A stretch of DNA of 64,000 nt, from positions 310,001 to 374,000 of the forward strand of contig ML978126.1 in the NCBI GenBank assembly GCA_010015805.1. The letters run 5' to 3'. A program made the translations under genes and the position numbers. Below the pieces are notes generated by a model. That model saw only the letters and a program-made list of their open reading frames with translations. It was not told where the DNA came from and searched no databases. Within the stretch, counting starts at the first letter, position 1, and every line of letters begins with the position of its first letter. Positions 48,548-62,811 of this stretch are shown here, one piece after another. Source of the stretch: Rhizodiscina lignyota. Lineage: Eukaryota.

Positions 48548-50162
48548 GGTTCAAGGCAAGCCAAAGACGGGACCTTTCGTAATGATGTCCTTGGAGGGAG
48601 GGTAAGCTTGACTTTCGGCCTAAGAAAAGAGGGCGTTAAGGAGAGCCAATAAAGTGCCAGAAATTGACGACTTGAGATTGAGCTACACTCAAAGTATGAC
48701 TGTGTGCCGAACAGAATAGAGCGTTAATATACAGCGCCAAAATTTAATTTCGTGGACCAGACAGGAGCTGCGGTGCAATCTTCAACAAACGACCACGCAG
48801 GCAGCCGACAAGATTGAACAGGATTTTGGATCCTGGCCCGAGATGGAGGTACAGCCTCGAGCGGATCTCTTATGCAGGCTCAGTTTCTATCAGCCGAGAA
48901 TGTGGGAGCGCCCAGCATGCCCCCGATGGTACCCGTGCCATTTGCCGCTGCCACGAAGGTCTGTTTGCCTGCAATCGAACTTTCGATTTGCATAAGCAAG
49001 CAAGTGGACTAAAGGGGTTGACTTGAGATGACAGAACGGTATACACTCCTGACACGAACGCGCCGCTGACACGTCGACTTCATTAGCCTCCCACGCGTTG
49101 GCAGTGGATTTGATCGCTAGGTCAAGGCTCTGAGATCGTAACGCCTGAGGTGGCATTCCGTAACAAGCAACGTGCAGAGCTGATGAGCTGGCGAGCAAAT
49201 GTGCTGGACGAACGCTTCCGGTGCTGCTGATGTCAACTCAGAGATCGCTCTGGGAATAAGGCAACGTACATGACGACATACCAAGGCACCGATGTCCATG
49301 CATGGATGGTCTCGAATTCTGGCAGGGCTGGAAGCGCATCATGTCGTCGAACTGGACGCCTTCTGTACGCAGAGTCATTTCCGAAGGGAGCGTGCCTGCG
49401 TGCCGCGTGGGCGACAATCCATATCTCTAGGACGCGAATAAGCGGTGAATGCAGCGGTTACCAACCACTCGATGCCACAAAGTTAGATTAGTACCATTGT
49501 TCTGACCGGCGAAGAGAGGTTGGATCAAGATTCAGACGGGTGGACCGCGTCTGCAGCGGAGCGGGACGTGACGGGCAGCAGGTAGGTACCCGCGAATGTC
49601 ATGGATCGTTGGGCTTCATTGCAATGCATGGAGAGATCTACCTTGCCTGATGCTTGTTCGATGCAGCTTCTAGTTTGCTGATGTGTTCAAGAGCTGTGGA
49701 GGGTGGGTGTGGAGAGCATGAAAGGCAAAGAGGTGGAGAAGGTTCCACACGCCCCTTGGATTCGTGTTTGGAGAGAAAGGCATCGACTTCTGCAACAAAC
49801 AGAATGATCGGCCGGCACAGAAGACATGTCAAAATGCATCAAGCCGAATAAAAGGCAAACACACAACAAATGAGCACGAGACAGCAGCTTCTTAAGCGAC
49901 GGCAGCGCCGGCTAGGCACGCTAGCATCCTTGGGCTATGGCACTGACCAAGGCCACGCCTGAGCTCTAATTCTCCGAAAGGGATATACATTAGACAAATG
50001 CACCGCGCTCATCGACACGAAGCAAACGCCAAAACACAATCAATCATCTGTAAGCGCCATGGACCAGCAACGCGCGGAGTGCGGAGGGAGGGGGTCTGCT
50101 TGCTTCTCTCGATCCACAAACACTGCTCCATCGCCCGAGAGCCAGCTTGTTTGTCACACCTC

Positions 50163-51482
50163 TCACCTCGACGGCATGCTGCGATGAGACTTGATTGCCG
50201 GACGCTTACGGCTGAACACTTCGTCGACAAATCTCTTCGGCCCAACGAATTCCACGTCCATCTTCAGAGACGACGACCGAACTAGCGGTGACCGTGACCG
50301 ACTCGGCTCTGTGGAGCCCGCTCTCCTGAGAATTGAATCATCCACAAGTGCTATCAGGCCCGTAGCTATTACCGCCCTGCTGTAGTGTTAGAGAAGCTAG
50401 ATGAAGGATTCTCTTAGGTCTCCTTACTCAGCGATATCCGCCCGGCGTCGAATTTCCACATCCTCAATCCAAAAGGAGCACGGATCAATCCAGCCACCCT
50501 TCGCTTCCTGCTCAAGCGCTTCAGCCGCCGTTAAAGGCACCGGCACAATACTTGCCATGGATTTGTCCGACCCAGCGGAGTACAGCTGATAGACGCAGTT
50601 CTCGGGGTATCCGTTCACGCTCGGAAGTGCTTTCCATCGATACTTTGTGCCCCAATATTCAAACTCATGCCATACATTCCCTTTCCCCCAGGTCCTCGTC
50701 AACTCAATGTGCGCGTAGTTTGAAAATTCCAGCCTTATAACGTTTGCCACAGCCACTTCGATAGGTTTGTTTTCGTCTGCAAGGTCTTCTTCTTCGTCTG
50801 CGACAGCGACTTCATCTTCCTCTATTGATGAACCAGTATGCACCGAAGCTCGCGAGGGCGACGATAACTTAAGAGAAGCAAGAGCAGAACTGAGAGATCT
50901 CATCAGCTTCGGCCTGCTTTCCGCCTTCACTTCTCGGTATATCCGCGTAGTGTTGCAGACTTCACGCCCAGAGTCCCTACAGTATCTGCGCAACGACATC
51001 TCCCGCCTCTCGAGGTCTTGTATCTTCAAGTGGAAAACCGTCACGCGATCTCGTTCGCCGTGGTGGGAAGAGCTGTGCATGTCCACGCGAAGGTTCACAT
51101 CGCCATCTCCGTACGTGTTGTCGTGTTGGATCAGCATCTTTCTGCCAGATGGAAAGAGCTCTCCGAATTCTGTCGGCGTCAAGGGTCGCGCCTCGTATAC
51201 TGGTTCGGGTTCCTCGTCATCGTCCTCCTCAGATGCAGCATATTCAACAGTTACCTGTTGCTCGCTTAGATCGATCGGGCTCGAGGAAGCACTATCATCG
51301 TCAGGATGATGCGCGTCCAGCGCAGACAATTCCTTCTCGCGCAAATATTCTTCCACCGCTTCGGACCATGCTGAATCATGCTTCGCGTGCTTTGCTGTTC
51401 TTGTTGTGGGGACCTCGGGAGAGCCACCATCTCCGATGCTTTCTGATGACATGGTGCTCGTTTCATGCCATGACATCCGCAC
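50163..51482 (-). CDS. Conserved-looking fungal hypothetical protein (intron ~50381-50426; true start may lie in upstream exons)
   Basis: 352-aa ORF with IQHDNT..DGDVNLRVD, FHLKIQDL...SLRRYCRDSGREVC, IRLEFSNYAH and EFEYWG..Y.W. It splices to VIATGLIALVDD, with the stop at 50163. Confidence 0.8.
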
Positions 51483-54400
51483 TTCCCCCGCAGATGATGT
51501 ATGGTGGAGGCTGAGCTTTGAAAGAAAGACGTACTCGGTCTTTCCGCTAAGGTAATGAACTAAGTCTGTACTACCTTCGGATCTTCGGGGTTGATATTTG
51601 ATGAACTGTCAGGCGCTTGGACTCCGGGGGTTATCGAATATGGGGAAGTTCACTGACGTAGCAGAGCCGATACGAAGGTGGTGGTCAGAAATAAGTCGAT
51701 TGCCCTGCTGCAAGGAACGAGGCGAACATATGCAATATTGAATTGTGCAGTATATACGCATTGCTTCTAGTTTCCCCCATATTTCTTCCATGCAGACCAG
51801 GTCGTTTTCCAGAAACGCATGCATATCCGAGAAGCCTGCGCAGCCAATGGGAAAAATTGAAACAGCTTGCATCGCATCCCGCGCCCGCACGTCTTTTCTG
51901 TTAGTGCTTTGCCAGCGAACGGCTCTGCATGTGTGGCCCGTCGTGATAGGCTGAAATGCTTCGAGAGCCTCGCTTGATGTCGTCGAGGCACCCCTTTTGA
52001 TACCCACTTTCCTTCTCGCGGGAGAGATGGCTGACGCGAACGGCTGCTCTGCTGGCACGACATTGACGTGGTTGGCAATGTCGCCGCAAAGTTCTGTGCA
52101 ATACACCAATGCTTGACGTTCCGTCATCCCGCGCTTCTGGAGCAGGATGTTCGCATAATTGAAACGTATTCATGTACGCCGGTTCGAGGGCCGGGAGCCC
52201 TTATGCAATGCCCCGCTGACTTGGGTGAGAATGACATCTTCACTGCTTCGCCTACCATCTTTGCGAGTCATACGCCCGTTCATGAAAAAATTGATTAACG
52301 GTGGATCGGGACGGGCCGTAGGGCTGAGCATTGACGTGTCGGTTACAGGCTACATGACTCGAGCAGGGGTTGGATCGTCAGGACTCAGCTTTTTCCAGAA
52401 TTTGTCTTCAAGTTGTCTCGTGTGATGAATAAAGCTCAGGTCATGACTTCGGACAGACGGCTATCTATCCATACACCAGAAACACCGGACCCTGGAAAGC
52501 TCGAGAAACCTGCCACCACTGCTATCGTCTCATTTGTCTTCCACGCTCAGTCGCGGCCGTCGACCGAACATAGATTAAAAGCGGGAAATAATTCCGAGAA
52601 CTGGCTTTGTGCGTGTTGTAATCGTGCAATGACTTTGATCCCATCTGCCTTCGTCACATAAGAGCGACATTAAACAATGAACACCATTCCGACACACGGT
52701 CAATGGGAAAACTTCGGTGCTTCTCTTGACTACTGAGATCCCCATCCGCCTCGAACTGCTTGGACGCGAGTGTTATCTGGCGGGTATCTTTTTAGCAGGG
52801 ATTTCTCTTGAAATCGGTTTCGCGTCGAAAGTTGTAGATATATTTTGTAAGAAGAGTCAATATGAGAAGCTGATCAATATTGGATAGAAGGGGGTGTTTG
52901 ACTGGGAAAGTGAAGAAGCTGGTGCCACCCTTAATTGCTTATGCGTGTGCGTATGGGAACAGTCACTATGTATGTAGTTCCGGAAGAGGGTAAATGATTC
53001 ATTAGATTTTAGTGGCTAGCCGCTAACGGCGGTTAGCCCTTGGTCGGCTGCTGCACAGACCATCGACTAGAAAAGAGTCTTCCAAACGAGCCTGTTACGA
53101 GCGATTAGGGGTGATCATGGGACATGAAGAGACATATCGTCGTCCCTCAAGCGGATCTTCTGATGCCGTGACTTCTCCAGCGATCGAATAAGCGTTGTTG
53201 GTAGCCCAGAGCAGCGTAGACAAGAGACCTGGTGTGCAGCCAGAATGTCAGGTACTAACACGGTGAAGTCAACAGCTTCCTCCTTTACCAATCAATCTAA
53301 TTCTCTGGTTTGCATCGCGCTATGTCTACCATTCTGGCTTTTTTCTGTTCCGATGGATCGTATTGGACAGCACAACGTGGCAATGACTCGAGTGCACCCC
53401 GCGCCTGAATGAACTTGAGCGGTGTACCAGAAGAACGCGGACAGCAACACTTTAAGTCCTTGAGATCCCGGCTCCTCATTCTCTCAGAGAACTCCAAGGA
53501 AACCAAGCTGTATCCTGGATACCACACTGACACGAAGATGTGCGGCCTGAGAGCAGAGGGCTATTCATTTGCCGTTGTCAATTCTCAACTAACGATGAGA
53601 GTGACGCAATTCGAACGATGCAGAAGCGGACGAGGTATGTGGAGCTCTATATTTCATGGTATGAGAACTAAATGAGAGTGTTTATATACTTACAGCCTAC
53701 TGATCTAACAGTATCGGCCTTGCTTTGTGGTGGCAGGGCATGAAACATCGTATGCTACGGCGACAATAGGACTACTCGGTGCATCATGTACATATCACTG
53801 AAGCCCAGCAAGTTCAATTCTTTCTTACGTGCCAGATGTAGTTTCTCTAGTTGTCCAATGCAAACTAACAGCATTCAGTATCAATGATAGCTCACCGAGT
53901 GGGCGGTTCCTAAGACACACGGCGACGGCGAAGCAGCGTTCTGCGTCACAACACTTAGCGACTCTTTGGCATCAGCCTTGTTGAACGATCACAGACAAGC
54001 AGTCAATGTGAGAGCCAAACCTATCCTTCGAGTTGGCCACGGTCCCTCACAAGTCTGATATAGATCGAGCGTCTCCTATATTGGTCTTCGATGCAGCGTG
54101 CGCTCTTCAAACATGGCAGTTCTCGAGGGGGAAACTATGAAAATTATCGGGAACCCGAGTGAAGCGCTTACGGTTTGACAGGTTTAGCACAAACGACTTA
54201 AGGGGGAGAAGGCTGCACGCGAGAAATGAGGGGAAGAAAAGCGCATGAACACGTTGGGGAAATGATCGAGTACTATCGTCAAGTAAGAAGCCAATCGGAA
54301 AGAGACCGAACTGACACTCAGCACCTCTGGTCGGTGAGTGCCTCCACTCATGCCGCTTCTGCTGGATATGGACTTGTGATCGAAACGGTGTGGCGAGCAG

Positions 54401-57400
54401 TAAAGCAGAGGGGACAAACGGTGGGAACAGTGGTCAAATGCGGCCCCCAAGACGCGGCGGGCGTTGCCCTTCTCGAACGCTACTCTTGACCGGTACTCCA
54501 ACAGATCCAAGGGACTGGCTGAAGCAAATACGAAACCGAAGGATGCGAGCTCCCTTTCCGGTACGGAATATTTACTCGAGGGCTATTGAAGACCTGACGA
54601 CTAAGGGGACTGATGGGGGCCTGCTGAAAGCGTTACACGCCACAGGCTAGACTCTCACAAATTAGAAAATGGCTTGCCTACCACTTTGGTGGGAACAAGT
54701 CCTCACCAGACCAACAAAAGCGAGATTCGCGATGCCGATGCCTAGCAGCCTGAGAAACCGAGCGGGAACTTGCGTTTTCTTCCAACGTCGCTTCATTTCA
54801 TCAAACCTAGAAACCTGGATACCGGTATTTGCTCACGCAGTTTGCCGCCCGTTCACGGACCAGGCGTTCATGGTGGAGCCTCTTGGAAGGGGAGTGTGAG
54901 CGGCACGAGGGCAAGGGTGATCTGCCCATGAACCAGGCGACGTGCAGAATTCTTACCCGCTCCAGCCCTACTAGGCAAAGCCGGTGAATCCTGGGGTATA
55001 CAAGTGATTGCTATAAGATGCTCGTGGTACCAGAACTGCCATTGGCCCATTTTCCCGAGCAAAGAAACAAAGCACGATCCCTGTCACGGGACAATATCAG
55101 CTCCTGAGTGGGCGATTGCTCAAGCCGACACAATTGTCGCAGCTCTCGCCGCTCTTGCCGCTTTGCTGAAGCACGATTCCTCGGGATCCTGAATGGTCAA
55201 TAGGGTGACCTCGGGCAGCGGTCAGTGTATCGAAGCATGGTCGGCAGGTTTCAGGGAAGGCGCTCTGCCCACTGGCTTACATAGTGGTTCAAGCATCCGC
55301 GCGATGCTTGGAACCAGCGGGTCGGGTCGTCCTCGGTCTCGTTTCTCCCCGCATATGGCTGGCTGTCAAAGCTTCGAGGCTGCCCTCCGCCGCAGAGCTG
55401 AAGCGTGGTGGCGACGTCAAGATTCGCACATAAGCAGGACCATGCTTATACACGTGAAGAGGTCCAACCGGAGCGGCAGTGCCTCCGGGGAGCGAGACTT
55501 TTGGCCGTGTGGTCAGAGATGTTTGATGATGCCGAGGCGGCTGCGCGGCCCTTCAGTGCTGGTTCCAATCAGTTTTCTGTGCGACCGTTATGCGCTGCAC
55601 GGAGCCCAACCTTGGATACGACTGTCGAAGTGACGGTCTGAGGCTGGCGTCTAGTGGCCGGGCCGGGTAGATGCGTCGAAATGAATTGGATGTACATCTG
55701 GGCATGAGAGAGCGGAGGGATGTGGCTCACGGAGCGTTGTGAGGGCAGATGCACCGAAAACGGGCACCAGAGGAGCGCTCCAGCAGCACTGATGACGGAC
55801 GTGAAGGTGCAGATCTCGATAAGCAGTGCATTCGAGCACCACTTCCGCCCCTCCCGGCGCTGTGGTCAGCTTCGTCGTGCGGGAGAGTGCTGCGTTGCTG
55901 CAACGCGCGCCGTCGAGAGCGCGGAGGGGGTCTGCCATTGCGCTGCGAAGAGCCCCTTTCGCAGGCAGCAACAACGCGGAGAGACAGCAGCGAGAGATTG
56001 AGATGGGCAGTCCGCTACGAGCGTGCAAAAGCGATGTGAGCAAGCAGGTGGCGTCCGATGGAAATGTGGTCAGTCGTTTTCGCAGATCTGGATGCGTGGG
56101 GTGGCGTCCAGTGGAGGAGGGCGGCGCGACAAGGGCCCGGCCGGCCATTCGCTCCTATTCGCAAGGCTGCGCTTGGCGCGCACAACGTACGCCATGTCTT
56201 GCTTCCACTCTGCAAGCCATCGAGGCAAGGGAGGCTCGTCGACACGCCGCCGGTATCCAACCACATCTCCACTCACGCCTACACACGACTGCAAGAGCAA
56301 TGGCTATAACTTTTCTCGCGCTCTCTGCTGCGCCCGTTCCGGACGCGCTCCGATCAGGGGCTGCCTTGCGGTGCTGCGTGCAATCAATGGCTACGAGGTG
56401 ATTGATCGCTTTCCCTGATCCTCCCGACTGTTCTCGGTTTGCAGCGTGTTGGCGGCCATCGTTATTGCAACGGCGATGCGGTGTATTGCCTGTGGACGCC
56501 CTTATGGTTGCATCCACAAACTCCAGCATGCCGTCATGATACAACGTCGGCTCAAGCCGCAATTCCACCAGGTGCGAGGCGTGCGAGTCGCCATGCTAGC
56601 GGTCTACCTTCACCACGGCGAGGCAGGCCAAACGCCTGACAGAGCGCCTCCAGCCTAGCCGCTTTCCCCAGCGCGGGCGTCGAGGCATCTCCAATCCCTG
56701 GGCGAAGCCCATGTGCCCGATCCGCGCCAATGCATGTAGTTATTTTTATGGAGAACAAAGAAACTTCCTACCTGGCGGCCGGGGGAGTCGTATGATGTCT
56801 GTCCCTGCAGCGCGGCCCTGGCTAGCTGCGGAGAGGAGGGCTCTGCTCGCCGTGCTTCTCTGGTCAGAGTGTGCCCGTTTCGGAGCAAGGAATTGCGGCT
56901 GTGGCCCTGTGTGGGTTGGAGGCCGAGTTGGAGAGAAAGATGCGGAGTCCAAGCTCATCCCTGCGCAAGGTCAGAGTCCTCTTTTGGCGTTGGGTCCTGC
57001 AGGCTTCCTCGATATGGCCATGTTAAAGGCGGATCTGACTCTGCGATACGAAGCATCTTCCGCGGGCTGAGGAGCATATTTGGGGCTCGACAAATAGGCT
57101 CTCCCTCTCTTGGCGTTGCCGCTAGAGAAGCTATCAAACTTGCACTAGATCATCTACTTTTCGCTTCGCTTCGCTGCCCAGTAGCCAGGCTGTGAACTCC
57201 TCCTACCTTTGCCAATCACCTCTCCTCACCGCAACCAGTCTCCAAATCTCAGCGCCTCATTGATCGCAACAAGCGTCAGGCACATTCCCTATAGCAAACT
57301 TTCTTTGCTCTTCTGACCTCTCCCTCCCTAATCTCACGCTAGTCCGGCGACTAGGCGCGTCAGTGAAGGTGGAGCCCTGCTCGACCCTGACGAAGTTTGT

Positions 57401-58736
57401 GACACTCTTCGATCGGTAAGACTCCTTCGACCTGAGCTTCCATGCATATATGAGCTTCGCGCCAGCAGCTCGGAGAGCGAAGTAGACTTCGACTGCTTCT
57501 ATGCGCCTGTTGCCTCTGCAACCATTCCCACTGACACTTTCACTCAAGTCTTTCGAGCTTCAACCTCCCTCGAGGCTCGACCTTCAGGCTCACGGTCGCC
57601 AGCCGCCATTTCATTTCGCTACCTCCAACCACGACACTCATTGGTCACCTCCTTCGACTCGACTTTCTCTCGCGTTCGCATCGACGACGTGTTGCTCTGA
57701 AAGCGACTCACAATCGTGTAAGTGATGTTTCAGATCCAATCTGCGACGTTGAAGCCGGGCGCATGTGTGCTAAATCATCGTGCAGGAGCAGCGACGCCAC
57801 CCAATTTGGGCTGCATTTGCTTCCTTGTCGTTGCAGCTGAAAATTCGCACATCTGCAAAGGACCAGCGACTACGCAAGGAGACTGCCTCTGTCAGTTTTC
57901 ACCGCCAGAACAACGTGTTTTCGATCCTGACGTTTCGGCCTTTTTCAGTGACCACTCACAATTCCCTTTCCCAGACATCGAGGGACGTCGCGTCTTTGCG
58001 TTTATCAAATAAAACGCGTCGACTGCTCTTGTCGGCCTTCTTGGACCCTCTCTGCCTTATTTTGAGATTTTGCTCTTGTCGCCTTCTGCTGTACCATTCC
58101 CCGACGTTTAAACAAACTTCGAGTATCGCTTGACCGCGAGTAAGCTCGTCTGGGGAACCGTATTGGTTTAGGCGAAGAAGAGCTTAGCTGCCGCCTTTAG
58201 TTTGCGATCTACGCAGGCCGTCCTGGTTGTTTCGACGCATCGCCTGGGTATTCCTCCACTGAGAGTGGCAGACGAGCGCCACGACTGACTCGAAGAACAC
58301 CAATTATCCGCAGCGGTCCAAAGCGTCCACCATTGGTCGATTTGATCGCGACATCCGCAGTGATCGAAATCGAAGCGGTCGCAACTCTGCTCGAGCAATA
58401 CGAGCCGCTCACGCGCGAAATCGGACACGCGAGTGCCTGAGAAAAACAATCGCGCTTTTCTTGTGTGTCGACGTGGAAAGATTGAGATATTGTATTACTA
58501 CAATTTCTCTTCGGGAATTCCGAATATCTGTGACTTGGCCCGCTGGAAGGCCACGGTCGCAACGAAGAGTTAGGAAGTTCATTGGCATTGCGCCGCGGTG
58601 AATTTCGACGTGAACGGTTGTCCATCAAGTAAGTCGAGCATCCTTCGGGGAGACGGATTCTTTTAACGCCATCTTCACAGGCGTCTATCACGCCTAGACG
58701 TGCGCCACTGTGCTGTGCCGCTCGATGCGCCTAACC

Positions 58737-61640
58737 ATGAATCAAAGTGAGTTCGATCCTCGAATGGGGAGCCCTTGCTATTATGCACCTCTCTCCACCA
58801 CACCTTCGTATCGGGAACGCGGCCTAACTTTCGAAATTCTCAATTCGTTCATCGATTTTTTGGATCGTTTCCTGGACTATCAATTCTGCTCGATTTCACA
58901 AGATCTCTTTTACCCTTAAGACGCTTCTTATAAGTCGGTTATCTTGCATGTAGCACTCGCTTCTCAACCGTTTCTATTTCTGAAGCGTTCTCGCCCTGTG
59001 TGACTTCTATCCCTGAATTATCTCCCTTCTGTGCTATACAACTCGACACTTTGTGCTGCACACACATTCATCTTTTGTCGCACAACTGTCCTACCAACGA
59101 TAATGCGCTGCATTTATTTCATTGGCTGACCATACATTGTTCGCGAACAGTTGCGAGTCCAATTCCGCTTTCTGCGGAATATTCGCAGTACCATCCTCTC
59201 TCTACAGAAGACCATCGCGTCCATACGTACGGCCATGATACGTCGTATGCGGGTGCGGGAGCTGCAGACTTTCGAGATCCCGCCACACAAGAACATTTGC
59301 CACCAAGAGACATAGGGTTTGCCGTAACCCATCAGCCCAGCGCAGAGACAAGGTGCGTCTTACATCTCATTGGATAGCTGTGCCCAAATACCCTGACCTT
59401 TGTGCCTCCACCTGGGCGCACGAACTTGTGTCAACGCTTGACGCCCTGCAAAACATTGCCGAAAGCTACCCAAGCTCGTGGTCTTTCGGAAGCTCCCACC
59501 TGCAACCTCCGAACAAACACGTCTTCATGCCCAGCGCTTTGTGCAACAGTGCCAGCCGCCTGGGATCTCGTTCGCCTGAGAAGCATTTGCTAGATGACCG
59601 GTGATCACACGACTAGAGCCTATTGATTCCAGCAACATGTTTCTACAGCTCGTACCGGAACCCTTCGACAGCTCAACTGTACTACCGCCAGTATTTTGTC
59701 GCGCAACTGTTGCACTGGGCTGCCTTTTTGCCTCTGCAGCTTCATCGTTTCTCGTTCTTCATGGTTGCTGACAGTTCTGGCCTATAGTTATCACATCCGC
59801 CAACCCTACAGTGGGACCTTCTCGCAGGCGACTGGAGCACACTTGCCAGCCTTCTCACCATTAGGCTTTGCAGAGAATTCGGCCTTTGGTCAGCCTCATC
59901 ACAGTGTTCCCGTCAGTTTCGCAGCGAACACTTATAGCTCCATCAATTCCGGTTACCCACATTCCGGAATCGGTGCGATGGCCGGCGTGCGCCTCAGTAA
60001 TTCTGGCATGTACGTATCCTCTATGAAGTCACCACTTGGCTGCCAAGTCATAAGTGAAGCATCCAATGCTCGAGCTTCCACGCTGACATTGCCACAACAG
60101 CACCGACAGATCACCAAGCTTAAAAGAAGAGGGCATATCACCCACCTCGTATGCCTCTGTTCGCCACAGCTACCAGAGAAATATACCAGACAGCAGACCC
60201 CTTACATCTCCTCGAACTGCACGACATGAGATAGCTATTCCCAAGACGCCAGGCTCCGTCCAATATCCTCGAGCACCTTTCTCTCCAAATGCAATGTCCT
60301 TGTCACCAACGGCCACGTCCGCGCCGGCTTACTCAAGTGCATATACTGCAATGCCGAGCAACGAAGGCCAGAATGTCTCACCTCCGTTCGATGCACAAAA
60401 GAATTTTGGCCAGATAATTACCACTGAAGGTGCAATCGTTATGCCGCGCATTGATTGCAAGGTAGAGAAAGGCTTCTTTCTCTCTGGTGATCAAATATAT
60501 ACCTGCTATCGGAGGAACTACTTTTCGGTCCAGTGCAGCTACAACTTGGAGCCTTACCCGTCTGACCAGCAGTTGCGTCTCGACATTGATGGTAAGCGAC
60601 ACAACATCAATGCATTCGCAGTCACTTTAACTGCAGCCGTCGACGGTGCGAGCGGAAAGAATATCGAACTTGTCCAGTATACGCCAAAGCGGGATCAAGG
60701 AGAAAAGCTGCGGATGGAGAAGCAGAAGCTTCTACCGTCTCCTCCAGGAAGTGCTCGAAGCCATCACGATCCGCAGTCATTCTATCCTCAGACTCAATAC
60801 CCAGGCCATCTGAACATTCGTCCACCTTACCTACGGTTCCAGGACGATGCAACCTCAGGAGCTGCTTCTCATCATGGCATGGCAAGCTCGCCAAACGCTT
60901 TGCATCACACCTTCGAGCGTGTTCAGTTCAAGTCGGCAACCGCAAACAATGGAAAGCGCCGCGCGCAGCAGCAGTTCTACCACCTGACCGTAGAGCTACA
61001 TGCAGACATCAGATCACACGCAGATCAAGAACCGGTCTGGAAGAAAATCGGCCAGCGCACAAGTTCGCCTGTTGTAGTTCGTGGCCGTAGTCCCAGCCAC
61101 TATCAAAGAGAAGACCCAGCAAATGGCGGAAATCCCAACAGGGGCGGTGCTGGCGGTGCAGGGGCAGGTGGTAGTGGAGGTGGAAACTATGGCTTTGGAT
61201 CCGGTGGCAGCTCTCTCGGAGGCTCGCTGTCCCGTGGCTATTCCGTTGGAGCCACGGGCATCCACGGCACGTACAGTCATTTGTCCTACGGCCCCGAACT
61301 TGCTGTCTTCAAGGAGCAAGAGGCTTCTGTGGACAGCTCTTCTGGGTCTGACACCGCTAGCCCGAACAACGTTCCGGTTGACAAGTTGAGTGTACTCCCT
61401 GCTCTTCATCTTGATGGAATGAGCAAGGTACTTGAGCCGCGCAACTACAGCTACTTCTCGGGCCCACTTCACTCGATTATTAAGAGTAATGATCGGTCAG
61501 TCAAGGATGAATATGTCCTCACTCCGGCAACCACAACGACTCATGGCACATACCTGCCTTCGAGTACCAATACCTGCGGCAGGTTTATTGGCGCATCATC
61601 GAGTTTAGGACACTATTCTGCTGATACGGCCCAATATTAA
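58737..61640 (+). CDS. NDT80/PhoG-family transcription factor. Exons approx. 58737-58746, 59151-59316 (or 59352), 59788-60009, 60101-61640
   Basis: KGFFL...TCYRRNYF, IELVQYTPKRD, FERVQFKSATANNGKRRAQQQFYHL and VVVRGRSPSHY define the NDT80 DNA-binding domain. Upstream exons were inferred from phase-compatible GT..AG sites and are less certain. Confidence 0.9.
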
Positions 61641-62811
61641 GCATTCCGTTCACAAGACCACTTCTGCTTCTTCTTTCTTCCCTTATACTTATAGCTTCGA
61701 CGCCGATTGGACTGACTCTTCGTTCTTCTCCACCAAGGCTGGAGATGCGCTGGCAGTAAGAGTCTTGCCTTCCAATTGACGACGAATAACGATGCATGAC
61801 GACGTTCCCTTTGTTCAACTTCGACTGCAGCATTGAGCACGAATAACGACATAGCTACTCTCTCATACCCCCTCGCATGTACTTTGCTTTCGACTTTCTC
61901 CTCAACGCACGAAACTCTCGCTCCGCCCTCTAATACAAATCATCGAGTACGCTCACTGGATGGAAAGACGGGGGATCTCGGGCCGGAGGTGAGGATGGAT
62001 TGGGACTTTCAATGGCGCAACCGGACTTTGTACTTAGCATCTGATGGCAAACCCCTACAAAACTGGCGTGCGGAAATAGGCACGGGCATTGGCATCGGAG
62101 TATGAACGTGTCATACACAAAATAAGGCCGGTATACTGCATAGCGAATGGTGTCCAGACAGAAGAGTAGGTAAATGAATGATATGGTACGAATATGGAAT
62201 AATTGTTTCTGCTGATTGCTTGCTACGTTGTCATTGATGCTCTTTCACGCCTGCTTTCACTACTGATGAAGGCCTCCTCCTAAGTCTGTCAGTGTATTCT
62301 GTTTGGCATTTGGCTGTGTTTATCTGTTCATAGACTAAGTTCTATTTGACGATAGCCCGTGAAGCGCGGATTTCTCTTAAAAAATGGTATAATCTAGCAA
62401 ATGTGACGCGCGTCTTCTTTCTTAGTAGTAGTGTAATGATGTTCTCATGGCTTTCGTGGGATCCCACCTGCATCACGTCGCCGTATATTCCGCCTTGGAC
62501 GTTATGCCGTACTGCAGTAGCAGACGTCGAACGAATCTCACATCAAATCGTTGAAAATAGTGAGCATTCTCGAAAAGGGCCTAGAAAGCTTGTGAATTAA
62601 AGGATAGAGAGGGACGAGGGAGGAGAGGGCTCCCTGACCGATTATATACACTAAAATAAGGAGAAATGCATCGGAAATTAGGACTCCGAAGCCCACGGCG
62701 ACTCCGAGCCGTGCCAGTTGACTGACACGTTCAACAGCAGAAACCAATAATCATGATTCAGATTGTATTTGACCTAACAGTTCGTCTCGTGCTGATCAAT
62801 AACACAAAGCG

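Noticed and set aside
53013..53037. Short hairpin GGCTAGCCGC-TAACG-GCGGTTAGCC
   Set aside because: An isolated 10-bp stem is compatible with chance in 64 kb and has no supporting context.
52000..58700. Ndt80 autoregulatory MSE sites and assorted short ORFs in the long intergenic region
   Set aside because: Only imperfect matches to GNCRCAAAW were seen (e.g. near 57400), as expected by chance. The ORFs have no recognisable domains.
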